From NCBI RefSeq assembly GCF_009914755.1, contig NC_060948.1: a stretch of 64,000 nucleotides of DNA. One strand, given 5' to 3'. Each line of letters starts with the position of its first letter. The first letter of the stretch is position 1. Of this stretch, positions 28,733-42,908 are shown piece by piece. A model generated the notes under the pieces. The model ran no database searches, was not told the DNA's origin, and saw only the letters and a program-made list of their open reading frames with translations. The translations under genes and the position numbers were made by a program. Source of the DNA: the human T2T-CHM13v2.0 reference genome, Homo sapiens.

Positions 28733-31700
28733 GGCCTGGAATAAAGTGGAATGCTACGGTCTCGAATGGAATAAAAATGTATGGAATGGAATGCAATGAA
28801 ACGGAATCGAATGTCATAGAATGTAATGGAATGCAAAAAACTGGAATCCAAAATCATTGACTGGAAAGGCTGGGTGTCGAAAGGAATTGACTCCAATGGA
28901 ATGGAATCGAATGGAATGGAAGTGAATAGAATCGAACTAAATCGAATGGAATGGAATTGATAGGAACGGAATGGAAAGGAATGCAATGATTTGGCATGGA
29001 ATGGAATCGAATGGCATCGAACGGAATGGAATGGAATGCAATTGAATGGAACGTATTAGAATGTAATGAACTTTAATGGAATGTACTCGAATGGATTCGA
29101 CTGTAATGGAATGTTGTGGAAATGAATGGACTCCAATGGAATGGATTCAAAAGGAATGGAATCGTACGGAATGGAATCTAATGGAATGGAATTAAATGGA
29201 AATGAATCAAATTGAATAGCATGGAATTGAATTGAATGGAATCGAATGCAATGGAATCTAATGAAACGGAAAGGAAAGGAATGGAATGGAATGGAATGGG
29301 CTGGAATGGAAAGGAATCGAAACGAATGGAATGGAATCGAACTGAAGAGACTGGAATGGAATGCACTGGAATGGAAGGGAGTGTAACGGAAGGTTCTCGA
29401 AAAAAATGGAATCGAATGGAATGGAATTGAATGGAACGGAATAGAGTCAAATGGAATTGAATGGAATGGAATGGACTAGAGTGAAATGGAATCGAACCAC
29501 AAGGAATGGACAGGAATAGAATGGTCTCGAATTGAATGGAATCGTATGGAATGGCATCAAACGGAATGGAATGGACAGCCACGGAATGGAATGCACTCGA
29601 ATGCAATGGAGTCGAAACTAATGGACTGGAATAGAATGGATTCGACTGGTACGGACTCCAATGGAATGGAATCGAATGGAAGGGAATCGAACGGAATGGA
29701 CTCGAAGGGAAAAGACTGCAATGGAAAGGTCTCGAATGGAATGGAAATTAATGGAATGGAATGGAATCGAATGAAATGGAGTCAAAAGGAATGGAATCGA
29801 ATGGCAAGAAATCGAATGTAATGGAATCGCAAGGAATTGATGTGAACGGAACGGAATGGAATGGAATCCAAAGGAATGGAATAGAATGGAATGGAATCGA
29901 ATGGAAAGGACTCGAATGGAAATCACTCGAATAGAATGCAATTTAATAAAATAGGATCAAATGTAATGGAATGGAATGGAAAGGAATCGAAACGAAAGGA
30001 ATGGAGACAGATGGAATGGAATGGAACAGAGAGCAATGGTATAGAATGGAATGGAATCATCAGGAATGGAATTGAATGGAATGGAATAATATGAAATGGA
30101 ATGGAATGGAATGGAATGGAATGCCCTTGAATTAAATGGACTGGAATGGAATGGACTCGAACAGAGTGGAATGGAAAGTGTTGAGATAGAATGGAATGGA
30201 CTCGTTTGGAATGGTCTAGTATGCAATGCAATCGACTGGCAGGGAATCAAAAGGAATGTAATGGAATGGATTGGACTGGAATGCAATGGACTCGAATAGA
30301 TTGGAAACGGAATGCAAAGGAATGGAATGGAATAGTATGGAATGGAATGGAAAGGAATGGAGTGGAATAGACTAGAGTGGAATGGAATGGACTGGAAAGC
30401 AATAGACTGGAATGGAACTTTCTTGAATGGACTGGAATCAAACGGAATGGAATGCAATGCAATCAAATGGCATGGAATAAAATAGAATGAAAGAGAATCA
30501 AATGGAATTGAATCGAATGGAATCGAATGGATTGGAAAGGAATAGAATGGAATGGAATGGAATTGACTCAAATGGAATGGACTAGAATGGAATGGATTCG
30601 AATGGAAGGCAAAGGAATGGAATCTATTGGAATGGACTGGAATGGAATGGAAGGGATTGGAATGGACTCGAATGGAATGGACTGCAATAGAAAGGATTCG
30701 AATGGAATGAAAAAGAATTGAATGGAATAGAACAGAATGGAATCAAATCGAATGAAATGGAATGGAATAGAAAGGAATGGAATGAAATGGAATGGAAAGG
30801 ATTCGAATGGAATGCAATCGAATGGAATGGAATCGAACGGAATGGAATAAAATGGAAGAAAACTGGCAAGAAATGGAATCGAAATGAATGGAGTGTTATG
30901 GAACGGACTCAAAAGGAATTGAATGTAATAGAATGGAGTGGAGTGGACTCGAATATAATGGACTGGAATGGAATGAAATCACATGGAATGGGAACGAATG
31001 GAATGGAATGGAAAGGAATGGAATCGAATGGAAAGGAATCGAATGGAAGGGAATGAAATTGAATCAACAGGAATGGAAGGGAATAGAATAGACGGTAATG
31101 GAATGGACTCGAATTGAATGGACACGAATGCTCAAATTGAATGGACAAGAATGGAATGGAAACGAAAGGAATGTCATCGAATGGAATTGAATCGATTGGA
31201 ATGAAATCGCATAGAATGGAGTGGAATCAAATGGAATTGAATCGAAAGGAAAGGAAGCGAATGGACTGAAATGAAATGGAATGGAATTGAATGGAAAGTA
31301 ATGCAATGGAATAGAATGGAACGAAATTTCACGGAATGGAATCAAACTGAATGGAATCAAATCAATGGAATCTAATCAAATGGAATGGAAAGGAATTGAA
31401 TGGAGTAGATTGGATTGGATGGGATTGGAATGAAATGTACTGGAAAGGACTCGAATTTCATGAAACGGAATGGAATGAATTGGAACGGAATGGACTCGAA
31501 TGGAATGGAATGTCATGGAATGGCATCAAATGGAATGGCATCAAATGGAATGGAATCGAATGCAATGGAATGCTATGGAATGGAATGGAATGCATTGGAA
31601 TGGAATGTCCTCTAATCGAATGGATTCGAGTGGAATGGAATCGAATATAATGGAGTCGAATGAAATGGAATTGAAAAGAATGGGATCGAATACAATGGAA

Positions 31701-32276
31701 TATACTGGAATGTAATGTAATGAACTCGAATGTAATTGACTGGAATGGAATGTACATGAATGGAATGTAATCGAATGGAAAGTAATCCAATGGAATAGAA
31801 ACTAATGCAATAAAATCGACTCAAATAGAGTAGAATGTAATGGAATGGAGTGCAGTGCAATGGAATGGAATGGAATGGAATGCAATGGAATGGAATGGAA
31901 TGGAATGGAATGGGATGGAATGGTGTGGAATGGATAGTAATGGACTGGTGTGAAATGGACTGGAAAGGAATGGACTCAAATTGAAAGGGCTCGAAAGGAA
32001 TGGAGTCAAATGGAATGGTCTGGAATGGAATGAACACGAATGTAATGCAATCCAATAGAATGGAATCGAATGGCATGGAATATAAAGAAATGGAATCGAA
32101 GAGAATGGAAACAAATGGAATGGAATTGAATGGAATGGAATTGAATGGAATGGGAAGGAATGGAGTGAAATTGTATGCAGTAGAAGAGAATAGAATGGAA
32201 TGCAAGTGAAAGGAAAGGAATGGATTGGAATGGAATGGAATTCATTGGAATGGAAGGGAATGTAGTGTAATGGACA
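28733..32276 (+). repeat. DYZ1 unit U9 (3,544 bp), class B
   Basis: GGCC at 28733 and 32277. Confidence 0.9.
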
Positions 32277-35200
32277 GGCCTGGAATAAAGTGGAATGCTA
32301 CGGTCTCGAATGGAATAAAAATGTATGGAATGGAATGCAATGAAACGGAATCGAATGTCATAGAATGTAATGGAATGCAAAAAAATGGACTCCAAAATCA
32401 TTGACTGGAAAGGCTGGGTGTCGAAAGGAATTGACTCCAATGGAATGGAATCGAATGGAATGGAAGTGAATAGAATCGAACTAAATCGAATGGAATGGAA
32501 TTGATAGGAACGGAATGGAAAGGAATGCAATGATTTGGCATGGAATGGAATCGAATGGCATCGAATGGAATGGAATGGAATGCAATGGAATGGAATGTAT
32601 TAGAATGTAATGAACTTTAATGGAATGTACTCGAATGGATTCGACTGGAATGGAATGTTGTGGAAGTGAATGGACTCCAATGGAATGGATTCAAAAGGAA
32701 TGGAATCGTACGGAATGGAATCTAATGGAATGGAATTAAATGGAAATGAATCAAATTGAATAGCACGGAATTGAATTGAATGGAATGGAATGCAATGGAA
32801 TCTAATGAAACGGAAAGGAAAGGAATGGAATGGAATGGAATGGGCTGGAATGGAAAGGAATCGAAACGAATGGAATGGAATCGAACTGAAGAGACTGGAA
32901 TGGAATGCACTGGAATGGAAGGGAGTGTAATGGAAGGTTCTCGAAAAAAATGGAATCGAATGGAATGGAATTGAATGGAACGGAATAGAGTCGAATGGAA
33001 TTGAATGGAATGGAATGGACTAGAGTGAAATGGAATCGAACCACAAGGAATGGACAGGAATAGAATGGTCTCGAATTGAATGGAATCGTATGGAATGGCA
33101 TCAAACGGAATGGAATGGACAGCCACGGAATGGAATGCACTCGAATGCAATGGAGTCGAAACTAATGGACTGGAATAGAATGGACTCGACTGGTACGGAC
33201 TCCAATGGAATGGAATCGAATGGAAGGGAATCGAACGGAATGGACTCGAAGGGAAAAGACTGCAATGGAAAGGTCTCGAATGGAATGGAAATTAATGGAA
33301 TGGAATGGAATCGAATGAAATGGAGTCAAAAGGAATGGAATCGAATGGCAAGAAATCGAATGTAATGGAATCGCAAGGAATTGATGTGAACGGAACGGAA
33401 TGGAATGGAATCCAAAGGAATGGAATAGAATGGAATGGAATCGAATGGAAAGGACTCGAATGGAAATCACTCGAATAGAATGCAATTTAATAAAATAGGA
33501 TCAAATGTAATGGAATGGAATGGAAAGGAATCGAAACGAAAGGAATGGAGACAGATGGAATGGAATGGAACAGAGAGCAATGGTATAGAATGGAATGGAA
33601 TCATCTGGAATGGAATTGAATGGAATGGAATAATATGAAATGGAATGGAATGGAATGGAATGCCCTTGAATTAAATGGACTGGAATGGAATGGACTCGAA
33701 CAGAGTGGAATGGAAAGTGTTGAGATAGAATGGAATGGACTCGTTTGGAATGGTCTAGTAGGCAATGCAATCGACTGGCAGGGAATCAAAAGGAATGTAA
33801 TGGAATGGATTGGACTGGAATGCAATGGACTCGAATAGATTGGAAACGGAATGCAAAGGAATGGAATGGAATAGTATGGAATGGAATGGAAAGGAATGCA
33901 GTGGAATAGACTAGAGTGGAATGGAATGGACTGGAAAGCAATGGACTGGAATGGAACTTTATTGAATGGACTGGAATCAAACGGAATGGAATGCAATGCA
34001 ATCAAATGGCATGGAATAAAATAGAATGAAAGAGAATCAAATGGAATTGAATCGAATGGAATCGAATGGATTGGAAAGGAATAGAATGGAATGGAATGGA
34101 ATTGACTCAAATGGAATGGACTAGAATGGAATGGATTCGAATGGAAGGCAAAGGAATGGAATCTATTGGAATGGACTGTAATGGAATGGAATGGAAGGGA
34201 TTGGAATGGACTCGAATGGAATGGACTGCAATAGAAAGGATTCGAATGGAATGAAAAAGAATTGAATGGAATAGAACAGAATGGAATCAAATCGAATGAA
34301 ATGGAATGGAATAGAAAAGAATGGAATGAAATGGAATGGAAAGGATTCGAATGGAATGCAATCGAATGGAATGGAATCGAACGGAATGGAATAAAATGGA
34401 AGAAAACTGGCAAGAAATGGAATCGAAATGAATGGAGTGTTATGGAACGGACTCAAAAGGAATTGAATGTAATAGAATGGAGTGGAGTGGACTCGAATAT
34501 AATGGACTGGAATGGAATGAAATCACATGGAATGGGAACGAATGGAATGGAATGGAAAGGAATGGAATCGAATGGAAAGGAATCGAATGGAAGGGAATGA
34601 AATTGAATCAACAGGAATGGAAGGGAATAGAATAGACGGTAATGGAATGGACTCGAATAGAATGGACACGAATGCTCAAATTGAATGGACTCGAATGGAA
34701 TGGAAACGAAAGGAATGTCATCGAATGGAATTGAATCGATTGGAATGAAATCGCATAGAATGGAGTGGAATCAAATGGAATTGAATCGAAAGGAAAGGAA
34801 GCGAATGGACTGAAATGAAATGGAATGGAATTGAATGGAAAGTAATGCAATGGAATAGAATGGAACGAAATTTCACGGAATGGAATCAAACTGAATGGAA
34901 TCACACCAATGGAATCAAATCAAATGGAATGGAAAGGAATTGAATGGAGTAGATTGGATTGGATGGGATTGGAATGAAATGTACTGGAAAGGACTCGAAT
35001 TTCATGAAACGGAATGGAATGAATTGGAACGGAACGGACTCGAATGGAATGGAATGTCATGGAATGGCATCAAATGGAATGGCATCAAATGGAATGGAAT
35101 CGAATGTAATGGAATGCTATGGAATGGAATGGAATGCATTTTAATGGAATGTCCTCTAATGGAATGGATTCGAGTGGAATGGAATCGAATATAATGGAGT

Positions 35201-35830
35201 CGAATGAAATGGAATTGAAAGGAATGGGATCGAATACAATGGAATATACTGGAATGTAATGTAATGAACTCGAATGTAATTGACTGGAATGGAATGTACA
35301 TGAATGGAATGTAATCGAATGGAAAGTAATCCAATGGAATAGAATCTAATGCAATAAAATCGACTCAGATAGAGTAGAATGTAATGGAATGGAGTGCAGT
35401 GCAATGGAATGGAATGGAATGGAATGCAATGGAATGGAATGGAATGGAATGGAATGGAATGGAATGGAATGGAATGGTGTGGAATGGATAGTAATGGACT
35501 GGAGTGAAATGGACTGGAAAGGAATGGACTCAAATTGAATGGGCTCGAAAGGAATGGAGTCAAATGGAATGGTCTGGAATGGAATGAACACGAATGTAAT
35601 GCAATCCAATAGAATGGAATCGAATGGCATGGAATATAAAGAAATGGAATCGAAGAGAATGGAAACAAATGGAATGGAATTGAGTGGAATGGAATTGAAT
35701 GGAATGGGAACGAATGGAGTGAAATTGTATGCAGTAGAAGAGAATAGAATGGAATGCAAGCGAAAGGAAAGGAATGGATTGGAATGGAATGGAATTCATT
35801 GGAATGGAAGGGAATGTAGTGTAATGGACA
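32277..35830 (+). repeat. DYZ1 unit U10 (3,554 bp), class C
   Basis: GGCC at 32277 and 35831; GCATTTTAAT ~35136. Confidence 0.9.
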
Positions 35831-38800
35831 GGCCTGGAATAAAGTGGAATGCTACGGTCTCGAATGGAATAAAAATGTATGGAATGGAATGCAATGAAAC
35901 GGAATCGAATGTCATAGAATGTAATGGAATGCAAAAAAATGGAATCCAAAATCATTGACTGGAAAGGCTGGGTGTCGAAAGGAATTGACTCCAATGGAAT
36001 GGAATCGAATGGAATGGAAGTGAATAGAATCGAACTAAATCGAATGGAATGGAATTGATAGGAACGGAATGGAAAGGAATGCAATGATTTGGCATGGAAT
36101 GGAATCGAATGGCATCGAATGGAATGGAATGGAATGCAATGGAATGGAATGTATTAGAATGTAATGAACTTTAATGGAATGTACTCGAATGGATTCGACT
36201 GGAATGGAATGTTCTGGAAGTGAATGGACTCCAATGGAATGGATTCAAAAGGAATGGAATCGTACGGAATGGAATCTAATGGAATGGAATTAAATGGAAA
36301 TGAATCAAATTGAATAGCACGGAATTGAATTGAATGGAATCGAATGCAATGGAATCTAATGAAACGGAAAGGAAAGGAATGGAATGGAATGGAATGGGCT
36401 GGAATGGAAAGGAATCGAAACGAATGGAATGGAATCGAACTGAAGAGACTGGAATGGAATGCACTGGAATGGAAGGGAGTGTAATGGAAGGTTCTTGAAA
36501 AAAATGGAATGGAATGGAATGGAATTGAATGGAACGGAATAGAGTCGAATGGAATTGAATGGAATGGAATGGACTAGAGTGAAATGGAATCGAACCACAA
36601 GGAATGGACAGGAATAGAATGGTCTCGAATTGAATGGAATCGTATGGAATGGCATCAAACGGAATGGAATGGACAGCCACGGAATAGAATGCACTCGAAT
36701 GCAATGGAGTCGAAACTAATGGACTGGAATAGAATGGACTCGACTGGTACGGACTCCAATGGAATGGAATCGAATGGAAGGGAATCGAACGGAATGGACT
36801 CGAAGGGACAAGACTGCAATGGAAAGGTCTCGAATGGAATGGAAATTAATGGAATGGAATGGAATCGAATGAAATGGAGTCAAAAGGAATGGAATCGAAT
36901 GGCAAGAAATCGAATGTAATGGAATCGCAAGGAATTGATGTGAACGGAACGGAATGGAATGGAATCCAAAGGAATGGAATAGAATGGAATGGAATCGAAT
37001 GGAAAGGACTCGAATGGAAATCACTCGAATAGAATGCAATTTAATAAAATAGGATCAAATGTAATGGAATGGAATGGAAAGGAATCGAAACGAAAGGAAT
37101 GGAGACAGATGGAATGGAATGGAACAGAGAGCAATGGTATAGAATGGAATGGAATCATCTGGAATGGAATTGAATGGAATGGAATAATATGAAATGGAAT
37201 GGAATGGAATGGAATGGAATGCCCTTGAATTAAATGGACTGGAATGGAATGGACTCGAACAGAGTGGAATGGAAAGTGTTGAGATAGAATGGAATGGTCT
37301 CGTTTGGAATGCAATCGACTGGCAGGGAATCAAAAGGAATGTAATGGAATGGATTGGACTGGAATGCAATGGACTCGAATAGATTGGAAACGGAATGCAA
37401 AGGAATGGAATGGAATAGTATGGAATGGAATGGAAAGGAATGGAGTGGAATAGACTAGAGTGGAATGGAATGGACTGGAAAGCAATGGACTGGAATGGAA
37501 CTTTATTGAATGGACTGGAATCAAACGGAATGGAATGCAATGCAATCAAATGGCATGGAATAAAATAGAATGAAAGAGAATCAAATGGAATTGAATCGAA
37601 TGGAATCGAATGGATTGGAAAGGAATAGAATGGAATGGAATGGAATTGACTCAAATGGAATAGACTAGAATGGAATGGATTCGAATGGAAGGCAAAGGAA
37701 TGGAATCTATTGGAATGGACTGTAATGGAATGGAATGGAAGGGATTGGAATGGACTCGAATGGAATGGACTGCAATAGAAAGGATTCGAATGGAATGAAA
37801 AAGAATTGAATGGAATAGAACAGAATGGAATCAAATCGAATGAAATGGAATGGAATAGAAAGGAATGGAATGAAATGGAATGGAAAGGATTCGAATGGAA
37901 TGCAATCGAATGGAATGGAATCGAACGGAATGGAATAAAATGGAAGAAAACTGGCAAGAAATGGAATCGAAATGAATGGAGTGTTATGGAACGGACTCAA
38001 AAGGAATTGAATGTAATAGAATGGAGTGGAGTGGACTCGAATATAATGGACTGGAATGGAATGAAATCACATGGAATGGGAACGAATGGAATGGAATGGA
38101 AAGGAATGGAATCGAATGGAAAGGAATCGAATGGAAGGGAATGAAATTGAATCAACAGGAATGGAAGGGAATAGAATAGACGGTAATGGAATGGACTCGA
38201 ATAGAATGGACACGAATGCTCAAATTGAATGGACTCGAATGGAATGGAAACGAAAGGAATGTCATCGAATGGAATTGAATCGATTGGAATGAAATCGCAT
38301 AGAATGGAGTGGAATCAAATGGAATTGAATCGAAAGGAAAGGAAGCGAATGGACTGAAATGAAATGGAATGGAATTGAATGGAAAGTAATGCAATGGAAT
38401 AGAATGGAACGAAATTTCACGGAATGGAATCAAACTGAATGGAATCAAATCAATGGAATCTAATCAAATGTAATGGAAAGGAATTGAATGGAGTAGATTG
38501 GATTGGATGGGATTGGAATGAAATGTACTGGAAAGGACTCGAATTTCATGAAACGGAATGGAATGAATTGGAACGGAATGGACTCGAATGGAATGGAATG
38601 TCATGGAATGGCATCAAATGGAATGGCATCAAATGGAATGGAATCGAATGCAATGGAATGCTATGGAATGGAATGGAATGCATTGGAATGGAATGTCCTC
38701 TAATGAAATGGATTCGAGTGGAATGGAATAGAATATAATGGAGTCTAATGAAATGGAATTGAAAGGAATGGGATCGAATAGAATGGAATATACTGAAATG

Positions 38801-39384
38801 TAATGTAATGAACTCGAATGTAATTGACTGGAATGGAATGTACATGAATGGAATGTAATCGAATGGAAAGTAATCCAATGGAATAGAATCTAATGCAATA
38901 AAACCGACTCAGATAGAGTAGAATGTAATGGAATGGAGTGCAGTGCAATGGAATGGAATGGAATTGAATGCAATGGAATGGAATGGAATGGAATGGAATG
39001 GAATGGAATGGAATGGAATGGGATGGAATGGTATGGAATGGATAGTAATGGACTGGAGTGAAATGGACTGGAAAGGAATGGACTCAAATTGAAAGGGCTC
39101 GAAAGGAATGGAGTCAAATGGAATGGTCTGGAATGGAATGAACACGAATGTAATGCAATCCAATAGAATGGAAACGAATGGCATGGAATATAAAGAAATG
39201 GAATCGAAGAGAATGGAAACAAATGGAATGGAATTGAATGGAATGGAATTGAATGGAATGGGAAGGAATGGAGTGAAATTGTATGCAGTAGAAGGGAATA
39301 GAATGGAATGGAAGTGAAAGGAAAGGAATGGATTGGAATGGAATGGAATTCATTGGAATGGAAGGGAATGTAGTGTAATGGACA
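35831..39384 (+). repeat. DYZ1 unit U11 (3,554 bp), class D
   Basis: GGCC at 35831 and 39385; 15-bp deletion ~37310; AAACCGACT ~38901. Confidence 0.9.
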
Positions 39385-42300
39385 GGCCTGGAATAAAGTG
39401 GAATGCTACGGTCTCGAATGGAATAAAAATGTATGGAATGGAATGCAATGAAACGGAATCGAATGTCATAGAATGTAATGGAATGCAAAAAAATGGAATC
39501 CAAAATCATTGACTGGAAAGGCTGGGTGTCGAAAGGAATTGACTCCAATGGAATGGAATCGAATGGAATGGAAGTGAATAGAATCGAACTAAATCGAATG
39601 GAATGGAATTGATAGGAACGGAATGGAAAGGAATGCAATGATTTGGCATGGAATGGAATCGAATGGCATCGAATGGAATGGAATGGAATGCAATGGAATG
39701 GAATGTATTAGAATGTAATGAACTTTAATGGAATGTACTCGAATGGATTCGACTGGAATGGAATGTTCTGGAAGTGAATGGACTCCAATGGAATGGATTC
39801 AAAAGGAATGGAATCGTACGGAATGGAATCTAATGGAATGGAATTAAATGGAAATGAATCAAATTGAATAGCACGGAATTGAATTGAATGGAATCGAATG
39901 CAATGGAATCTAATGAAACGGAAAGGAAAGGAATGCAATGGAATGGAATGGGCTGGAATGGAAAGGAATCGAAACGAATGGAATGGAATCGAACTGAAGA
40001 GACTGGAATGGAATGCACTGGAATGGAAGGGAGTGTAATGGAAGGTTCTCGAAAAAAATGGAATCGAATGGAATGGAATTGAATGGAACGGAATAGAGTC
40101 GAATGGAATTGAATGGAATGGAATGGACTAGAGTGAAATGGAATCGAACCACAAGGAATGGACAGGAATAGAATGGTCTCGAATTGAATGGAATCGTATG
40201 GAATGGCATCAAACGGAATGGAATGGACAGCCACGGAATGGAATGCACTCGAATGCAATGGAGTCGAAACTAATGGACTGGAATAGAATGGACTCGACAG
40301 GTACGGACTCCAATGGAAGGGAATCGAATGGAAGGGAATCGAACGGAATGGACTTGAAGGGAAAAGACTGCAATGGAAAGGTCTCGAATGGAATGGAAAT
40401 TAATGGAATGGAATGGAATCGAATGAAATGGAGTCAAAAGGAATGGAATCGAATGGCAAGAAATCGAATGTAATGGAATCGCAAGGAATTGATGTGAACG
40501 GAACGGAATGGAATGGAATCCAAAGGAATGGAATAGAATGGAATGGAATCGAATGGAAAGGACTCGAATGGAAATCACTCGAATAGAATGCAATTTAATA
40601 AAATAGGATCAAATGGAATGGAATGGAATGGAAAGGAATCGAAACGAAAGGAATGGAGACAGATTTAATGGAATAGAACAGAGAGCAATGGTATAGAATG
40701 GAATGGAATCATCTGGAATGGAATTGAATGGAATGGAATAATATGAAATGGAATGGAATGGAATGGAATGGAATGCCCTTGAATTAAATGGACTGGAATG
40801 GAATGGACTCGAACAGAGTGGAATGGAAAGTGTTGAGATAGAATGGAATGGACTCGTTTGGAATGGTCTAGTATGCAATGCAATCGACTGGCAGGGAATC
40901 AAAAGGAATGTAATGGAATGGATTGGACTGGAATGCAATGGACTCGAATAGATTGCAAACGGAATGCAAAGGAATGGAATGGAATAGTATGGAATGGAAT
41001 GGAAAGGAATGGAGTGGAATAGACTAGAGTGGAATGGAATGGACTGGAAAGCAATGGACTGGAATGGAACTTTCTTGAATGGACTGGAATCAAACGGAAT
41101 GGAATGCAATGCAATCAAATGGCATGGAATAAAATAGAATGAAAGAGAATCAAATGGAATTGAATCGAATGGAATCGAATGGATTGGAAAGGAATAGAAT
41201 GGAATGGAATGGAATGGACTAGAATGGAATGGATTCGAATGGAAGGCAAAGGAATGGAATCTATTGGAATGGACTGTAATGGAATGGAATGGAAGGGATT
41301 GGAATGGACTCGAATGGAATGGACTGCAATAGAAAGGATTCGAATGGAATGAAAAAGAATTGAATGGAATAGAACAGAATGGAATCAAATCGAATGAAAT
41401 GGAATGGAATAGAAAGGAATGGAATGAAATGGAATGGAAAGGATTCGAATGGAATGCAATCGAATGGAATGGAATCGAACGGAATGGAATAAAATGGAAG
41501 AAAACTGGCAAGAAATGGAATCGAAATGAATGGAGTGTTATGGAACGGACTCAAAAGGAATTGAATGTAATAGAATGGAGTGGATTGGATTCGAATATAA
41601 TGGACTGGAATGGAATGAAATCACATGGAATGGGAACGAATAGAATGGAATGGAAAGGAATGGAATCGAATGGAAAGGAATCGAATGGAAGGGAATGAAA
41701 TTGAATCAACAGGAATGGAAGGGAATAGAATAGACGGTAATGGAATGGACTCGAATAGAATGGACACGAATGCTCAAATTGAATGGACTCGAATGGAATG
41801 GAAACGAAAGGAATGTCATCGAATGGAATTGAATCGATTGGAATGAAATCGCATAGAATGGAGTGGAATCAAATGGAATTGAATCGAAAGGAAAGGAAGC
41901 GAATGGACTGAAATGAAATGGAATGGAATTGAATGGAAAGTAATGCAATGGAATAGAATGGAACGAAATTTCACGGAATGGAATCAAACTGAATGGAATC
42001 AAATCAATGGAATCCAATCAAATGGAATGGAGTAGATTGGATTGGATGGGATTGGAATGAAATGTACTGGAAAGGACTCGAATTTCATGAAACGGAATGG
42101 AATGAATTGGAACGGAATGGACTCGAATGGAATGGAATGTCATAGAATGGCATCAAATGGAATGGCATCAAATGGAATGGAATCGAATGCAATGGAATGC
42201 TATGGAATGGAATGGAATGCATTGGAATGGAATGTCCTCTAATGGAATGGATTCGAGTGGAATGGAATCGAATATAATGGAGTCGAATGAAATGGAATTG

Positions 42301-42908
42301 AAAGGAATGGGATCGAATACAATGGAATATACTGGAATGTAATGTAATGAACTCGAATGTAATTGACTGGAATGGAATGTACATGAATGGAATGTAATCG
42401 AATGGAAAGTAATCCAATGGAATAGAATCTAATGCAATAAAATCGACTCAGATAGAGTAGAATGTAATGGAATGGAGTGCAGTGCAATGGAATGGAATGG
42501 AATGGAATGCAATGGAATGGAATGGAATGGAATGGAATGGAATGGGATGGAATGGTATGGAATGGATGGTAATGGACTGGAGTGAAATGGACTGGAAAGG
42601 AATGGACTCAAATTGAAAGGGCTGGAAAGGAATGGAGTCAAATGGAATGGACTGGAATGGAATGAACACGAAAGTAATGCAATCCAATAGAATGGAATCG
42701 AATGGCATGGAATATAATGAAATGGAATCGAAGAGAATGGAAACAAATGGAATGGAATTGAATGGAATGGAATTGAATGGAATGGGAACGAATGGAGTGA
42801 AATTGTATGCAGTAGAAGGGAATAGAATGGAATGCAAGCGAAAGGAAAGGAATGGATTGGAATGGAATGGAATTCATTGGAATGGAAGGGAATGTAGTGT
42901 AATGGACA
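39385..42908 (+). repeat. DYZ1 unit U12 (3,524 bp), class A
   Basis: GGCC at 39385 and 42909; two 15-bp deletions (~41215, ~42025). Confidence 0.9.
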
